Positions 52,409 to 64,000 of a DNA stretch of 64,000 nt are shown here, piece after piece; the stretch's first letter is position 1; each line of letters starts with the position of its first letter. The translations under genes were made by a program, and so were the position numbers. Origin of the DNA: an uncultured delta proteobacterium. Its GTDB lineage: Bacteria; Myxococcota_A; Polyangia; Fen-1088. The notes under the pieces are model-generated. The model ran no database searches and was not told where the DNA came from. It saw only the letters and a list, made by a program, of their open reading frames with translations. The stretch is taken from contig CAVYGB010000008.1 in the NCBI GenBank assembly GCA_963767925.1, positions 1,216,001 to 1,280,000 of the forward strand, given 5' to 3'.

Positions 52409-52803
52409 CGGAAGGCCTCCATGTTGCCCAGGCGGGTGCGGGGCGCCTCCGCGCCACGGGTCGCCGCCACAACCAGCACGGTGGCGCTCACCGCCAGCGC
52501 GCCCACCGCCGCCCAGAACCACCACTTCTGGGTGATGGACGCGCGCTCACCGGCGGAGAGCGTCTCGCGGGAGACAGCGTGTACGGGCTCCACGGGCTGA
52601 CCCTGGGTCACGGCGGCCAGGAGGCGCGGCTTCGGGTCGAGGAGCGTGGCCGGCGGACCGGACGCCGGCCGGCAGCCGCGCCAGGGATCGATGCGGGCTG
52701 ACGGCCCGGCCGGCCGTTCCGGTTGCGCGGAGACAGCGCGCGGGGCCAGCGCGCAGACGAGGAGTCCGATCAGGAGGGGGCGGAAGATCACTTGCCCGAA
52801 CAC
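52405..52803 (-). CDS. Hypothetical exported protein with C-terminal membrane segment
   Basis: Signal peptide; KWWFWAAVGALAVSATVLVV tail. Confidence 0.55.
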   Translation of the reverse strand: MFGQVIFRPLLIGLLVCALAPRAVSAQPERPAGPSARIDPWRGCRPASGPPATLLDPKPRLLAAVTQGQPVEPVHAVSRETLSAGERASITQKWWFWAAVGALAVSATVLVVAATRGAEAPRTRLGNMEAFR

Positions 52804-53261
52804 CGAGCCTTCTCGGCAGCCGCCATCTGAGCGGCCTCCGACTGACGCTCCCAGGTCGCCGACTCGAGGTTCCAGTTCATGCCTTCCCCGTCGAAGAACA
52901 CCGTTACTTCCTTGTCGGCGATGCTGCCGTCAGGGCTGATCGCCTTGTAGACACCTTCGAACTGATTTTCGCCCTTTTTCTGCAGGCTGAAAACCCGGGT
53001 TCCCATATCAATCCCTGCCACGCTGCGCAACCGGTTCCCCGGAGAGGCAAGACAGCCAATGACGGTGTCGCCCCGCTGGAGGAACTCCACCACCCGACCA
53101 TCGAGCGCTCCGCCGGCCGCGAGCATCTTGTACCGAGCGCCCTCGAGCGCGATGGGACCGGCCGGCACGCTGGCGGCGCCGCTCGTCGAGGCGCACCCGG
53201 CCAGGCTCGCTCCTGCTACCGCCATGGAGATCGAAACGATGTGGACGGAGAGTGTTTTCAT
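52788..53261 (-). CDS. Hypothetical lipoprotein
   Basis: Lipobox LAGC; coding-like composition. Confidence 0.7.
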   Translation of the reverse strand: MKTLSVHIVSISMAVAGASLAGCASTSGAASVPAGPIALEGARYKMLAAGGALDGRVVEFLQRGDTVIGCLASPGNRLRSVAGIDMGTRVFSLQKKGENQFEGVYKAISPDGSIADKEVTVFFDGEGMNWNLESATWERQSEAAQMAAAEKARCSGK

Positions 53262-53344
53262 GTCGTCCCCCCTACACCGCTGCCGCACCTAGGTCAACCT
53301 TGGAACAGTCACCCATGGTGCACTGTGCATGGTATCTTGGCTGC

Positions 53345-54148
53345 ATGAGGTGTGGAAGTAGTCGGGGTGGGTGGGCGCTGTTGTTGCTGGGGCTCGTGAC
53401 GTTCGGAGCCTGTGCGCGATGGAGGGGAGGAGGCGGCGGCTCCGGCCAGAAAGCGAGTACCCCGGCAGCGGACGTACCACTCATCGGCTTGCAGCGAGGT
53501 GGCCACTGGTCGGTGCTGACCATCCGGCCGCCCCACCTGAGCGGCCCTCAGTTTCATCTGCTGCTGAAGAACAGCGTCCTCACGGGCGCGGTCTCGGGCG
53601 GCACCGCGCCGGCGGGGACCTTGCGGGTCAACATCACCGCCGACGGCGCCGAAGGCTTCGGCCCCCTCGGCCCCGTCTCCCTCGATTTCTTCAGCGACGA
53701 GAGCAAGACCACCGCCGAGGGCACCTGGAACGGCGGCCGGGTTCACCTGGTCTTCTCCCGCGATTCGCTCCGCGGGACGGTGGCCTCCAACTCGTTCTTC
53801 TTCAGCAAGACCCACGGCGGCGGCACGAGTGGATCGGAGGCCTTCCGCAACCCGCGCATGCGGGCCTTCGGGCGCTCGGCCGACCACATCGACCCGTTGC
53901 CCTCGGACGTCTCCTGCGAATATTACCTCGACCAGCTCAGCCCCGACGGGGCGCTCAACGGCGGGTCCACCTGCGCTGGTATGCCCCAGCAGACCCGCCT
54001 CGAGGTGCCGCGCATCGCCCAGGCCTGGATGACCCGGGCCGAGCTGGTCACGGTGCTGGTGGCCGTCCTCTCCTCGCCCCCCCTCGTCGTCGCCGAGGAC
54101 TATGGTCCTCGCTTCGAGCCCCCCTCGACGGCCACCTTCCGCCGCTGA
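53345..54148 (+). CDS. Hypothetical lipoprotein
   Basis: LLLLGLVTFGAC lipobox; Gly and beta-rich body; GC-rich third positions. Confidence 0.65.
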   Translation: MRCGSSRGGWALLLLGLVTFGACARWRGGGGGSGQKASTPAADVPLIGLQRGGHWSVLTIRPPHLSGPQFHLLLKNSVLTGAVSGGTAPAGTLRVNITADGAEGFGPLGPVSLDFFSDESKTTAEGTWNGGRVHLVFSRDSLRGTVASNSFFFSKTHGGGTSGSEAFRNPRMRAFGRSADHIDPLPSDVSCEYYLDQLSPDGALNGGSTCAGMPQQTRLEVPRIAQAWMTRAELVTVLVAVLSSPPLVVAEDYGPRFEPPSTATFRR

Positions 54149-54160
54149 CCGGCCCGCCTC

Positions 54161-55488
<1,328 letters not shown>

Positions 55489-55839
55489 GGTGCTCCTTGG
55501 GGTCTACGAAGGTACGACCTCTATACCTCTCTCCGGGCCGCCGCCGGCAGGCCGTGAATGAGGTATGGAGGTCGGTCCCGATGAATGATTGGACCGCCCA
55601 GTGCAAGCGGTGGGCCGACCACGGGTACGGGCCTTCGACAGGCCCTCATGGGGCAACCCCGGGCCAGGCACGCTGGACTGGACCCTGCGACGAATACCTC
55701 CGACGGGTAGAACGTGCGATGGTGGGCCCCACAGGGCAAATGAGGATAGAGATGAGGACAGGGACGAGGCTACGACCGGGCCCGCCTGCCAGCTGGGCCG
55801 CCGCGGCGACCCAACTTTGAGCCGACCGAATCGGTGAAA

Positions 55840-55850
55840 TGTGGTAAAAA
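55840..55850 (+). promoter_or_regulatory. Extended -10 promoter of rpsB
   Basis: TGTGGTAAAAA just upstream of the leader, resembling the conserved rpsB TGTG-extended -10. Confidence 0.55.
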
Positions 55851-55859
55851 GCTGACCCT

Positions 55860-55968
55860 CTTTTAAACACCACACGTCGGAAGAGGAAGGTGCGCGTGCC
55901 GAGGCTCGATCGAGCTCGGTGAAACCTTCCGCAGACGCCGGCGGCGGAAACCAACGCGAAAGGACAAG
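55860..55968 (+). ncRNA. rpsB leader (t44 / S2 autoregulatory element)
   Basis: CACAC, then nested stems GTCGG/CCGGC, GGAAGG/CCTTCC, CCGAG/CTCGG, with GGTGC and GGCGG motifs, directly 5' of rpsB. Confidence 0.65.
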
Positions 55969-56956
55969 ATGGAAACGAGACGCAACCGACCCGGCCGCCC
56001 CAAGCCCGAGACCTTCGCAACCCTCGCTCGACAGCCCGCTCACGATGCGGGAGATGATGGAAGCCGGTGTCCACTACGGACACCAGACCAAGCGCTGGAA
56101 CCCGAAGATGAAGCAGTTCATCTACGGGGCCCGCAACGGCGTTCACATCATCGATCTGCAGTTCTCGGTGCGCGCCTTTCGCCGCGCCTTCAACTTCCTG
56201 GTCAACACCGTCGCCTCCGGCAAGCCGGTCCTCTTCGTGGGCACCAAGAAGCAGGCCCAGGACGTCATCCGCGAGGAGGCGGCCCGCTGCAACCAGTTCT
56301 ACGTGACCAACCGCTGGCTCGGCGGCACTCTCACCAACTTCCACACCGTCAAGGGCTCGATCGAGCGCCTGCACAACATCGAGAAGATGTCGACCGACGG
56401 CACCTTCGAGCGCTTGACCAAGAAAGAGGTCATCGGCCTCACGCGCGAGCGGGAGAAGCTGGAGAAGGCGCTCGGCGGCATCAAGGAGATGGGTGAGCTG
56501 CCCGGGGCGGTGTTCATCGTCGACGTCGTCAAGGAGCACATCGCGGTCAGCGAGGCTCGCAAGCTGGAGATCCCGATCGTCGCCGTGGTCGACACCAACT
56601 GCGACCCCGACGTGATCGACTACGCCGATCCCCGGCAACGACGACGCCATCCGTTCGATCAAGCTGTTCACCAGCAAGGTGGCCGAGGCCTGCATCGTGG
56701 GCCAGACGGCTGTCGCGAGAACGGGCCACCCAGGCCCGCACCGCAGGGCAACGACGGCGAACCGGGCGAGGCCCCCACCATCCGCGTCTCTTCGGGCGGC
56801 GAAGGCCCCCGCGTGGAGGTCGTCTCCCGGCGTCGCAGCGAGCTGCCCACCCCCGAGGCGGCGGCCACCCCCGAGGACGGGGAAGGCCAAGTAGCGTCGT
56901 CCCCCCGGACGCCAGCTTCGTCGAGGAACGACCAATGGATATCAGCGCACAGATGA
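55969..56956 (+). CDS. rpsB: 30S ribosomal protein S2 (frameshifts near both ends; ends approximate)
   Basis: [45 protein letters not shown]. Confidence 0.97.
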
Positions 56957-57591
56957 TCAAGGACCTGCGCGACCGCACCGGCGCAGGGATGAGCGACTGC
57001 AAGAAGGCGCTCGTCGAGTGTCAGGCCGACATGGAAAAGGCGATCGAGTACCTGCGCAAGAAGGGCATCGCCTCGGCGGCCAAGAAAGCGGCCCGGGTCG
57101 CCTCTCAGGGGGTGGTCACCAGCTACCTGCACGGGGCACGCATCGGCGTCCTCGTGGAGGTCAACTGCGAGACCGACTTCGTTGCCCGCAACGAGGCCTT
57201 CCAGGAGTTCGCCCGCGACGTGGCCATGCAGGTGGCCGCCATGAGCCCGCAGTACGTGGCCGAGGAGGACATCCCTCCCTCGGAGGTCGAGAAGGAGAAG
57301 TCGATCCGACTCGAGCTGGCCAGCAAGAGCGGCAAGCCGGAGGCGGTGTGGCCCAAGATCGTCGAGGGCCAGCTCGCCAAGTGGCGCAAGGAGATCTGTC
57401 TGCTCGATCAGATCTGGGTCAAGGACCCCGATGGCAAGAAGGACATCCGCTCCCTGCTCACCGACCTGGTGGCCAAGACCGGCGAGAACTGCAAGGTTCG
57501 TCGTTTCGTCCGCTACGAAGTGGGCGAAGGTCTGGAGAAGAAGACCGACGACTTCGTGGCCGAGGTGAAGAAGCAGGCGGAAGGTACCTGA
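56935..57591 (+). CDS. tsf: Elongation factor Ts (short form)
   Basis: [38 protein letters not shown]. Confidence 0.97.
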   Translation: MDISAQMIKDLRDRTGAGMSDCKKALVECQADMEKAIEYLRKKGIASAAKKAARVASQGVVTSYLHGARIGVLVEVNCETDFVARNEAFQEFARDVAMQVAAMSPQYVAEEDIPPSEVEKEKSIRLELASKSGKPEAVWPKIVEGQLAKWRKEICLLDQIWVKDPDGKKDIRSLLTDLVAKTGENCKVRRFVRYEVGEGLEKKTDDFVAEVKKQAEGT

Positions 57592-57636
57592 GCACCGCTG
57601 CGCGGGCGGCCTTGCGCTAGAAGGGAAAGAGGGGCC

Positions 57637-58482
57637 ATGGAGAGGGGCAAGGTTCCGACCAACGGCGAGCCGGAGGAGGGGTCCGAGACCGAAGAGGTCG
57701 AGGAGACCCCTCGTCCGCTCGCGCCCGGGGTGCGCTACCGGCGCATCCTGCTCAAGCTGTCGGGCGAGGCCCTCATGGGCCAGCAGTGCTACGGCATCGA
57801 CGCGGCCACCTTGTCCCAGATCGCCGACGAGGTGATCGACGTCCTCAGCCTGGGGGTGGAGATCGCCCTCGTCATCGGCGGGGGTAACATCTTTCGCGGG
57901 GTGGCCGGCGCCTCCTCGGGCATGGATCGGGCCCACGCCGACTACATGGGGATGCTCGCCACCCTCATCAACGCCCTCGCCATGCAGGACGCGCTCGAGT
58001 CGCGCGGTTCGCGCACCCGGGTCATGTCGGCCATCGAGGTGCAGCGGGTGGCCGAGCCCTACATCCGCCGGCGGGCCATTCGCCACCTGGAGAAGGGGAG
58101 GCTGGTCATCTTCGCGGCCGGCACCGGCAACCCGTTCTTCACCACCGACACGGCCGCCTCCCTGCGGGCCATGGAGATCGGGGCCGAGATCGTCATGAAG
58201 GCGACCCGGGTCGATGGTGTTTACGACAAGGACCCCCACAAGCACAAAGACGCCCGCATGTTCCGGCGCCTGTCCTACATGGACGTGCTCAACCGGAACC
58301 TCGAGGTCATGGACAGCACGGCCATCTCGCTCTGTCGGGACAACCGACTGCCCATCCTGGTATTCAACATGACCAAGCCCGGTAACATCCGGCGGGTTGT
58401 GCTCGGCGAGCCTCTCGGTACCATGGTGGTCGAGGAGCGCCGGCTGTCCCGGGATGTCGAGCCGGACGAAACCCCTCTTTAG
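57637..58482 (+). CDS. pyrH: UMP kinase
   Basis: [38 protein letters not shown]. Confidence 0.97.
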   Translation: MERGKVPTNGEPEEGSETEEVEETPRPLAPGVRYRRILLKLSGEALMGQQCYGIDAATLSQIADEVIDVLSLGVEIALVIGGGNIFRGVAGASSGMDRAHADYMGMLATLINALAMQDALESRGSRTRVMSAIEVQRVAEPYIRRRAIRHLEKGRLVIFAAGTGNPFFTTDTAASLRAMEIGAEIVMKATRVDGVYDKDPHKHKDARMFRRLSYMDVLNRNLEVMDSTAISLCRDNRLPILVFNMTKPGNIRRVVLGEPLGTMVVEERRLSRDVEPDETPL

Positions 58483-58494
58483 GAGGATGTTCCG

Positions 58495-59052
58495 ATGGTA
58501 AGCGACGTGCTCAAGGACCTGCAGGGCTCGATCGACAAGGGAATCGAAGGCTTCAAGCGGGAGCTCGCCAAGGTGCGGACCGGTCGCGCCAACCTGGGCG
58601 TCCTCGATGGCATCAAGGTCGACTATTACGGCACGCCCACGCCCCTCAACCAGATCGCCTCGCTCAACGTCCCCGACGCCCGCCTCATAACGATCAAGCC
58701 CTGGGAAAAGACCCTCATCTCGGAGATCGAGAAGGCCATCCGGGCTGCTCAGCTCGGGCTCAACCCCAGCTCGGACGGAGAGATCGTGCGGGTGCCCATG
58801 CCCGCCTTGACCGAGGAGCGGCGCAAGGACCTGGTCAAGGTCGTCAAGAAGATGGCCGAAGAGGCCAAGGTCGCCCTGCGGGGCCACCGCCGGGACGCCA
58901 ACGAGATGCTCAAGGACTTCCTCAAGGAAAAGACCATCACCGAGGACGAGGAGAAGGCCGGCCTCAAGAGGGTCCAGGACGCGACCGACGGGGCCGTCAC
59001 CCGGGTGGACGAGATCCTCGCCAAGAAAGAGGCGGAGATCCTCGAGGTCTAG
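58495..59052 (+). CDS. frr: Ribosome recycling factor
   Basis: VRTGRAN, VDYYGTPTPLNQIA, LGLNP, PALTEERRKDL. Confidence 0.97.
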   Translation: MVSDVLKDLQGSIDKGIEGFKRELAKVRTGRANLGVLDGIKVDYYGTPTPLNQIASLNVPDARLITIKPWEKTLISEIEKAIRAAQLGLNPSSDGEIVRVPMPALTEERRKDLVKVVKKMAEEAKVALRGHRRDANEMLKDFLKEKTITEDEEKAGLKRVQDATDGAVTRVDEILAKKEAEILEV

Positions 59053-59086
59053 CCGGTAGCGGGCGGCGGTTGTCCGCCGCCGCGAG

Positions 59087-59491
59087 CTATTCCTTGGCCA
59101 CGGGGGCCACGCCGCTGGCGCTCTCCTTGTCGAACGTCACCCTGGCGACGTCGACCTGGTTGAGCACCAGCCGCAACATGGTGCCGGTCCCCTTGAGCAG
59201 CAGCTCCCGCTGCATCAGGGGGTAAACCCGCAGCCCATCTCGTTCGGGCGGGTCACCCTGGGACTTCCGGCCCGGAATGCCACTCACGATGATGATCTTC
59301 TCGCCCGGCTGGAGCATGAAGCCCGGGTCGATGTGACCCATGACCGACCCCCGCTTGCCCGGTCGAGACACGACCACCGCCAGCCCCCGGGTGCTGACGG
59401 GGGAGGCGCTCTGATTGGCGAGCAGGAACCACTCCTCGTTGACCTTCTTGGGGTCGGACGCGGCGTGTATTTCCTCGAAGACCAGCGGCAT
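59087..59491 (-). CDS. Hypothetical protein, lamin-tail-domain-like
   Basis: LVFEEI...NEEWFLLANQSASPVSTRG...FMLQPGEKIIIVSG follows the lamin-tail pattern. Confidence 0.55.
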   Translation of the reverse strand: MPLVFEEIHAASDPKKVNEEWFLLANQSASPVSTRGLAVVVSRPGKRGSVMGHIDPGFMLQPGEKIIIVSGIPGRKSQGDPPERDGLRVYPLMQRELLLKGTGTMLRLVLNQVDVARVTFDKESASGVAPVAKE

Positions 59492-59585
59492 GGCGAGTCT
59501 ATAGACCCCGCTTGGCGCAATGGTCAAGATCGATGCTCGCCCGGTTGGGCTGACCGGCCGGGTCTGTGCTACAAAATCGAAGCCG

Positions 59586-59864
59586 ATGCCCAAGTTCGAA
59601 GTCGACATCCCCCACTCGCTGCAGCCGGATGACGTCCGCGAGCGACTGGGCCGCGCCACGGCCAAGCTCGAGCGGGACTACGGCGCCACCTGCCGCTGGG
59701 ATGGGGACGGCAGCCTGATCGTTTCGCGCAAGGGCCTGGAGGCCCGGGTGGCCGTGGAGCCCACCCGGCTGCACGTCAATGTCGATATCGGGTTCCTGCT
59801 CACCCCGATGGCGGGCAGCATCCGGAACGGCATCACGAAGCAGCTGACCGACCTCTTGCAGTAG
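59586..59864 (+). CDS. Polyhydroxyalkanoic acid system (PHA_gran_rgn) family protein
   Basis: VDIPHSL, CRWDGD, DIGFLLTPMAGSI; 92 aa. Confidence 0.75.
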   Translation: MPKFEVDIPHSLQPDDVRERLGRATAKLERDYGATCRWDGDGSLIVSRKGLEARVAVEPTRLHVNVDIGFLLTPMAGSIRNGITKQLTDLLQ

Positions 59865-60789
59865 CCGCAGCGGCGCTGGCCGTGGCGGTCGCGCTGGCCA
59901 GATCCTCGAGGCGACGGCGGGCCCGCTGCACCTCCCGGATGGTGCTCTCGGCGCCCCCGGTGACGATGTAGGATACCGCCGCCGGCCAGTCGCCGGTGGG
60001 GCGCAGCTCGAGCTCTCCCAGCCCGAGCAGCAGCTCGGAGTCCAGCCCGACCTGGTCACTGGCCAGGATGAGGCGGGCGGAGCGAGCCAGCTCGCTCCAG
60101 CGCTCGGCGGCCCGGGGCAGGCGGAGCGTCTCGAGCACCGCCCAGCGGGCCGGCGACAGCGCCACCCCCAGCCGGGCCCCGGAGAACTCGGCGATCAGGC
60201 TCCGGGCTTCGCGGGGGCTGGGGATCTGCCAGGGGGTGGCGGCCACCGGCAGGGCCAGCTCGACCCCCCCGCGTTCGGCGAGCGCCAGCAGCGGCTCGAG
60301 CGCCGACCGGCAGGCATCCAGGATGCGGGGGCCTCGGGCCCGCCGCTCCTCGAGCGCCGCCTGCAGGAGGTCCCAGCCGGGCTCGCCCTCGTCCATCTGC
60401 CTCCGGGCGAAGGCCAGCCGCAGATCGGACTCCCGGGGCGCCAGGGCGGCCGGCCCCAGATCGAGGGTGAAGGCCGGGATCCCCAGGCTGCTGCCCGCCT
60501 CGATCGTCCGGGTGGCGAGCTGGACCGCGGTCAACCGCTCCTCCGGGTCGTGGGCCGACAGGTGGGGAAGCCGCTTGCCCCGGCCCAGGCGGGCGTCGGC
60601 CAGCGGGCAGAGGGAGGCGCCGATCGGCAGGCCCGCGCGCAGCGAACCGCTCGCCAGCACGGGCAGCAAGGATTGGGTGACACTGGCGTCCAGGGCTATT
60701 GCCTGGAAGCCGGCCTCGCTGGCCAGCCGGACGATCCGGTCGGGGCCGAGCTCTTCGGGCGGACGGAGCCGGCAGGCGAGGGCGATCAT
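59833..60789 (-). CDS. Divergent sugar-phosphate isomerase/epimerase (AP-endonuclease-2 TIM barrel)
   Basis: LASEAGFQAIAL, LSAHDPEERLTAV, LEPLLALAERGGVELAL, LGLGELEL. Confidence 0.6.
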   Translation of the reverse strand: MIALACRLRPPEELGPDRIVRLASEAGFQAIALDASVTQSLLPVLASGSLRAGLPIGASLCPLADARLGRGKRLPHLSAHDPEERLTAVQLATRTIEAGSSLGIPAFTLDLGPAALAPRESDLRLAFARRQMDEGEPGWDLLQAALEERRARGPRILDACRSALEPLLALAERGGVELALPVAATPWQIPSPREARSLIAEFSGARLGVALSPARWAVLETLRLPRAAERWSELARSARLILASDQVGLDSELLLGLGELELRPTGDWPAAVSYIVTGGAESTIREVQRARRRLEDLASATATASAAAATARGRSAAS

Positions 60790-60863
60790 GGTCCGCAGGA
60801 TAGCGCCCTCGGGGTCGAGGCGCCCCGGATGGCACCGACGATCGAGCGGAAATCCTTCCGGTT

Positions 60864-60899
60864 TTGACAGGCATTTGCGCGCCGGTATAAAACCGGCGC
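60864..60899 (+). promoter_or_regulatory. Near-consensus sigma70 promoter with the -10 inside an inverted repeat
   Basis: TTGACA-N16-TATAAA; GCGCCGGT-ataaa-ACCGGCGC at 60879-60899. Confidence 0.6.
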
Positions 60900-60969
60900 T
60901 CCCTCGAGTTTCGTAGCTCGGGGCCTTTTGGCGCCTTCGCCCCCGGCACCCACGACTCTGGAGAGGTTA

Positions 60970-62987
<2,018 letters not shown>

Positions 62988-63170
62988 CGGCCGCACCGGG
63001 GTCGGCCGGCGCGCGGGCGTAGTCGCTCGGAGCGCCGCCGACCAGCCAGGAAAACCGGCCCTGGGAACGTTTCGACGGCGGTCACGTCCCGGTCGAGGTA
63101 GGTAGGCTAACTACCTGAGATCGGGGCGTAATCGAGGTGTGGGCATTTGCATCCTGGGGCGTCGTTTCAC

Positions 63171-63198
63171 TTGACTGGCGGCGGAGCTGAGCTATTAA
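63171..63198 (+). promoter_or_regulatory. Putative sigma70 promoter of dnaG
   Basis: TTGACT-N16-TATTAA. Confidence 0.45.
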
Positions 63199-63231
63199 AG
63201 GTCGGCCCGTAAAAACGGCGTGGGTTGCGTT

Positions 63232-64000
63232 TTGCCCCTATTACCTCGCGAAAAAATTGACGAAATCCGTGAACGCAACAACATCGTGGAGATCGTCAAG
63301 CGGCACGTCGAGCTGAGGCGAGCCGGAGCGGAGGTGGATGGGTCTTTGTCCGTTCCACGCCGAGAAGACGCCGTCCTTTCACGTGCACGAGTCCCGGCAG
63401 TTCTTTCACTGTTTCGGCTGTGGGGAGAAAGGTGATGTGTTCGCGTTCCTGACCAAGATCGAGCAGCGCTCGTTCGCCGAGGTCATGCGAGATCTCGCGC
63501 GCGACGCGGGGGTCGATCTTCCGGAGAAGAAGCTCTCCGCCAGCGAGCGACAGGCCCAGGCCGAAGCCGAGTCCGAGCGCGAGCGGCTGTCTCCGGGCGG
63601 CGGAGGCCGCCACCGCCTTCTATCAGGAGCAGCTCCGGGCGCCCGCCGGGACCGCGGCCCGGGCCTACCTCGACAGCCGAGGCATCTCGGCCGCCATCGT
63701 CGAGCAGTTCCGGATCGGCTACGCCCCCGGAGGCGGTGAGCTCGGCCGTCACCTGGCCGCCCTGGGGATCGCGCCCGCGACCGCCGAGCGCCTCGGCCTG
63801 GTGGGCGTGAGCGAGCGCGGACGCTACGACTTCTTTCGCGAGCGGGTGATGCTCCCGGTGCTGGATCGGCAGAAGCGGCCGACCGGCTTCTCCTCGCGCC
63901 TGCTCGATCCCGAGGCCAAGGAGCGCAAGTACATCAACTCCTCCGACTCGCCCCTGTTTCACAAGAAGGACCTGCTCTACGGCCTGCACGCCGCGCTCGA
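63232..64000 (+). CDS. dnaG: DNA primase (3'-truncated by window edge; frameshifts)
   Basis: IDEIRERNNIVEIV, zinc finger CPFHAEKTPSF...FHCFGCG, FRIGYAP, FRERVMLP, KYINSSDSPLFHK. Confidence 0.95.

Noticed and set aside
55728..55790. CACAGGGCAAA resembling the 5' end of a c-di-GMP-I riboswitch
   Set aside because: The following GNRA-capped stem and GCAAAG segment are missing.
56935..57591. Short 218-aa EF-Ts as a truncation
   Set aside because: The short form is a known natural variant, and both termini are intact.
63099..63120. AGGTAG-gctaa-CTACCT hairpin before dnaG as an att or dif site
   Set aside because: Only a 6-bp stem, no integrase, no second copy and a poor match to the dif consensus.

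Overview
GC-rich bacterial chromosomal window, most consistent with a Myxococcota/deltaproteobacterial genome (myxobacterial-type LexA box, TSP3-repeat OmpA protein, MopE-motif sulfatase-like protein, short EF-Ts); this taxonomy is inferred. Many genes, including essential ones (guaB, guaA, rpsB, dnaG), carry single-base frameshifts that look like assembly errors. In order: 3' end of glnD, a TPR protein, ptrB, guaBA, a His-motif membrane protein, lemA with two TPM genes, an ABC-F ATPase, a five-gene catabolic operon (aldehyde dehydrogenase, two class-III aminotransferases, 3-oxoacid CoA-transferase A/B), HU, adenosine deaminase and a 165-bp fold-back element. A ~20-kb nitrogen-scavenging cluster follows: ureD-AB-C-E-F-G, urtABCDE, atzF, a BMP-type ABC transporter with biuH inside it, a ChrR-like cupin and a porin. 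Then oxyR, two divergent non-canonical sulfatase-like genes, an oxidoreductase, LexA-boxed imuAB, small exported proteins, ino1, rpsB-tsf-pyrH-frr, a TraB-like OmpA protein and the start of dnaG. Best lead: three promoters in the nitrogen cluster (urtA, BMP/atzF, porin) share a four-box motif with exact 11-bp phasing that resembles the actinobacterial GlnR box, suggesting an OmpR-type nitrogen regulon over a urea plus biuret uptake and catabolism system. No CRISPR array, tRNA, rRNA or transposase was seen.
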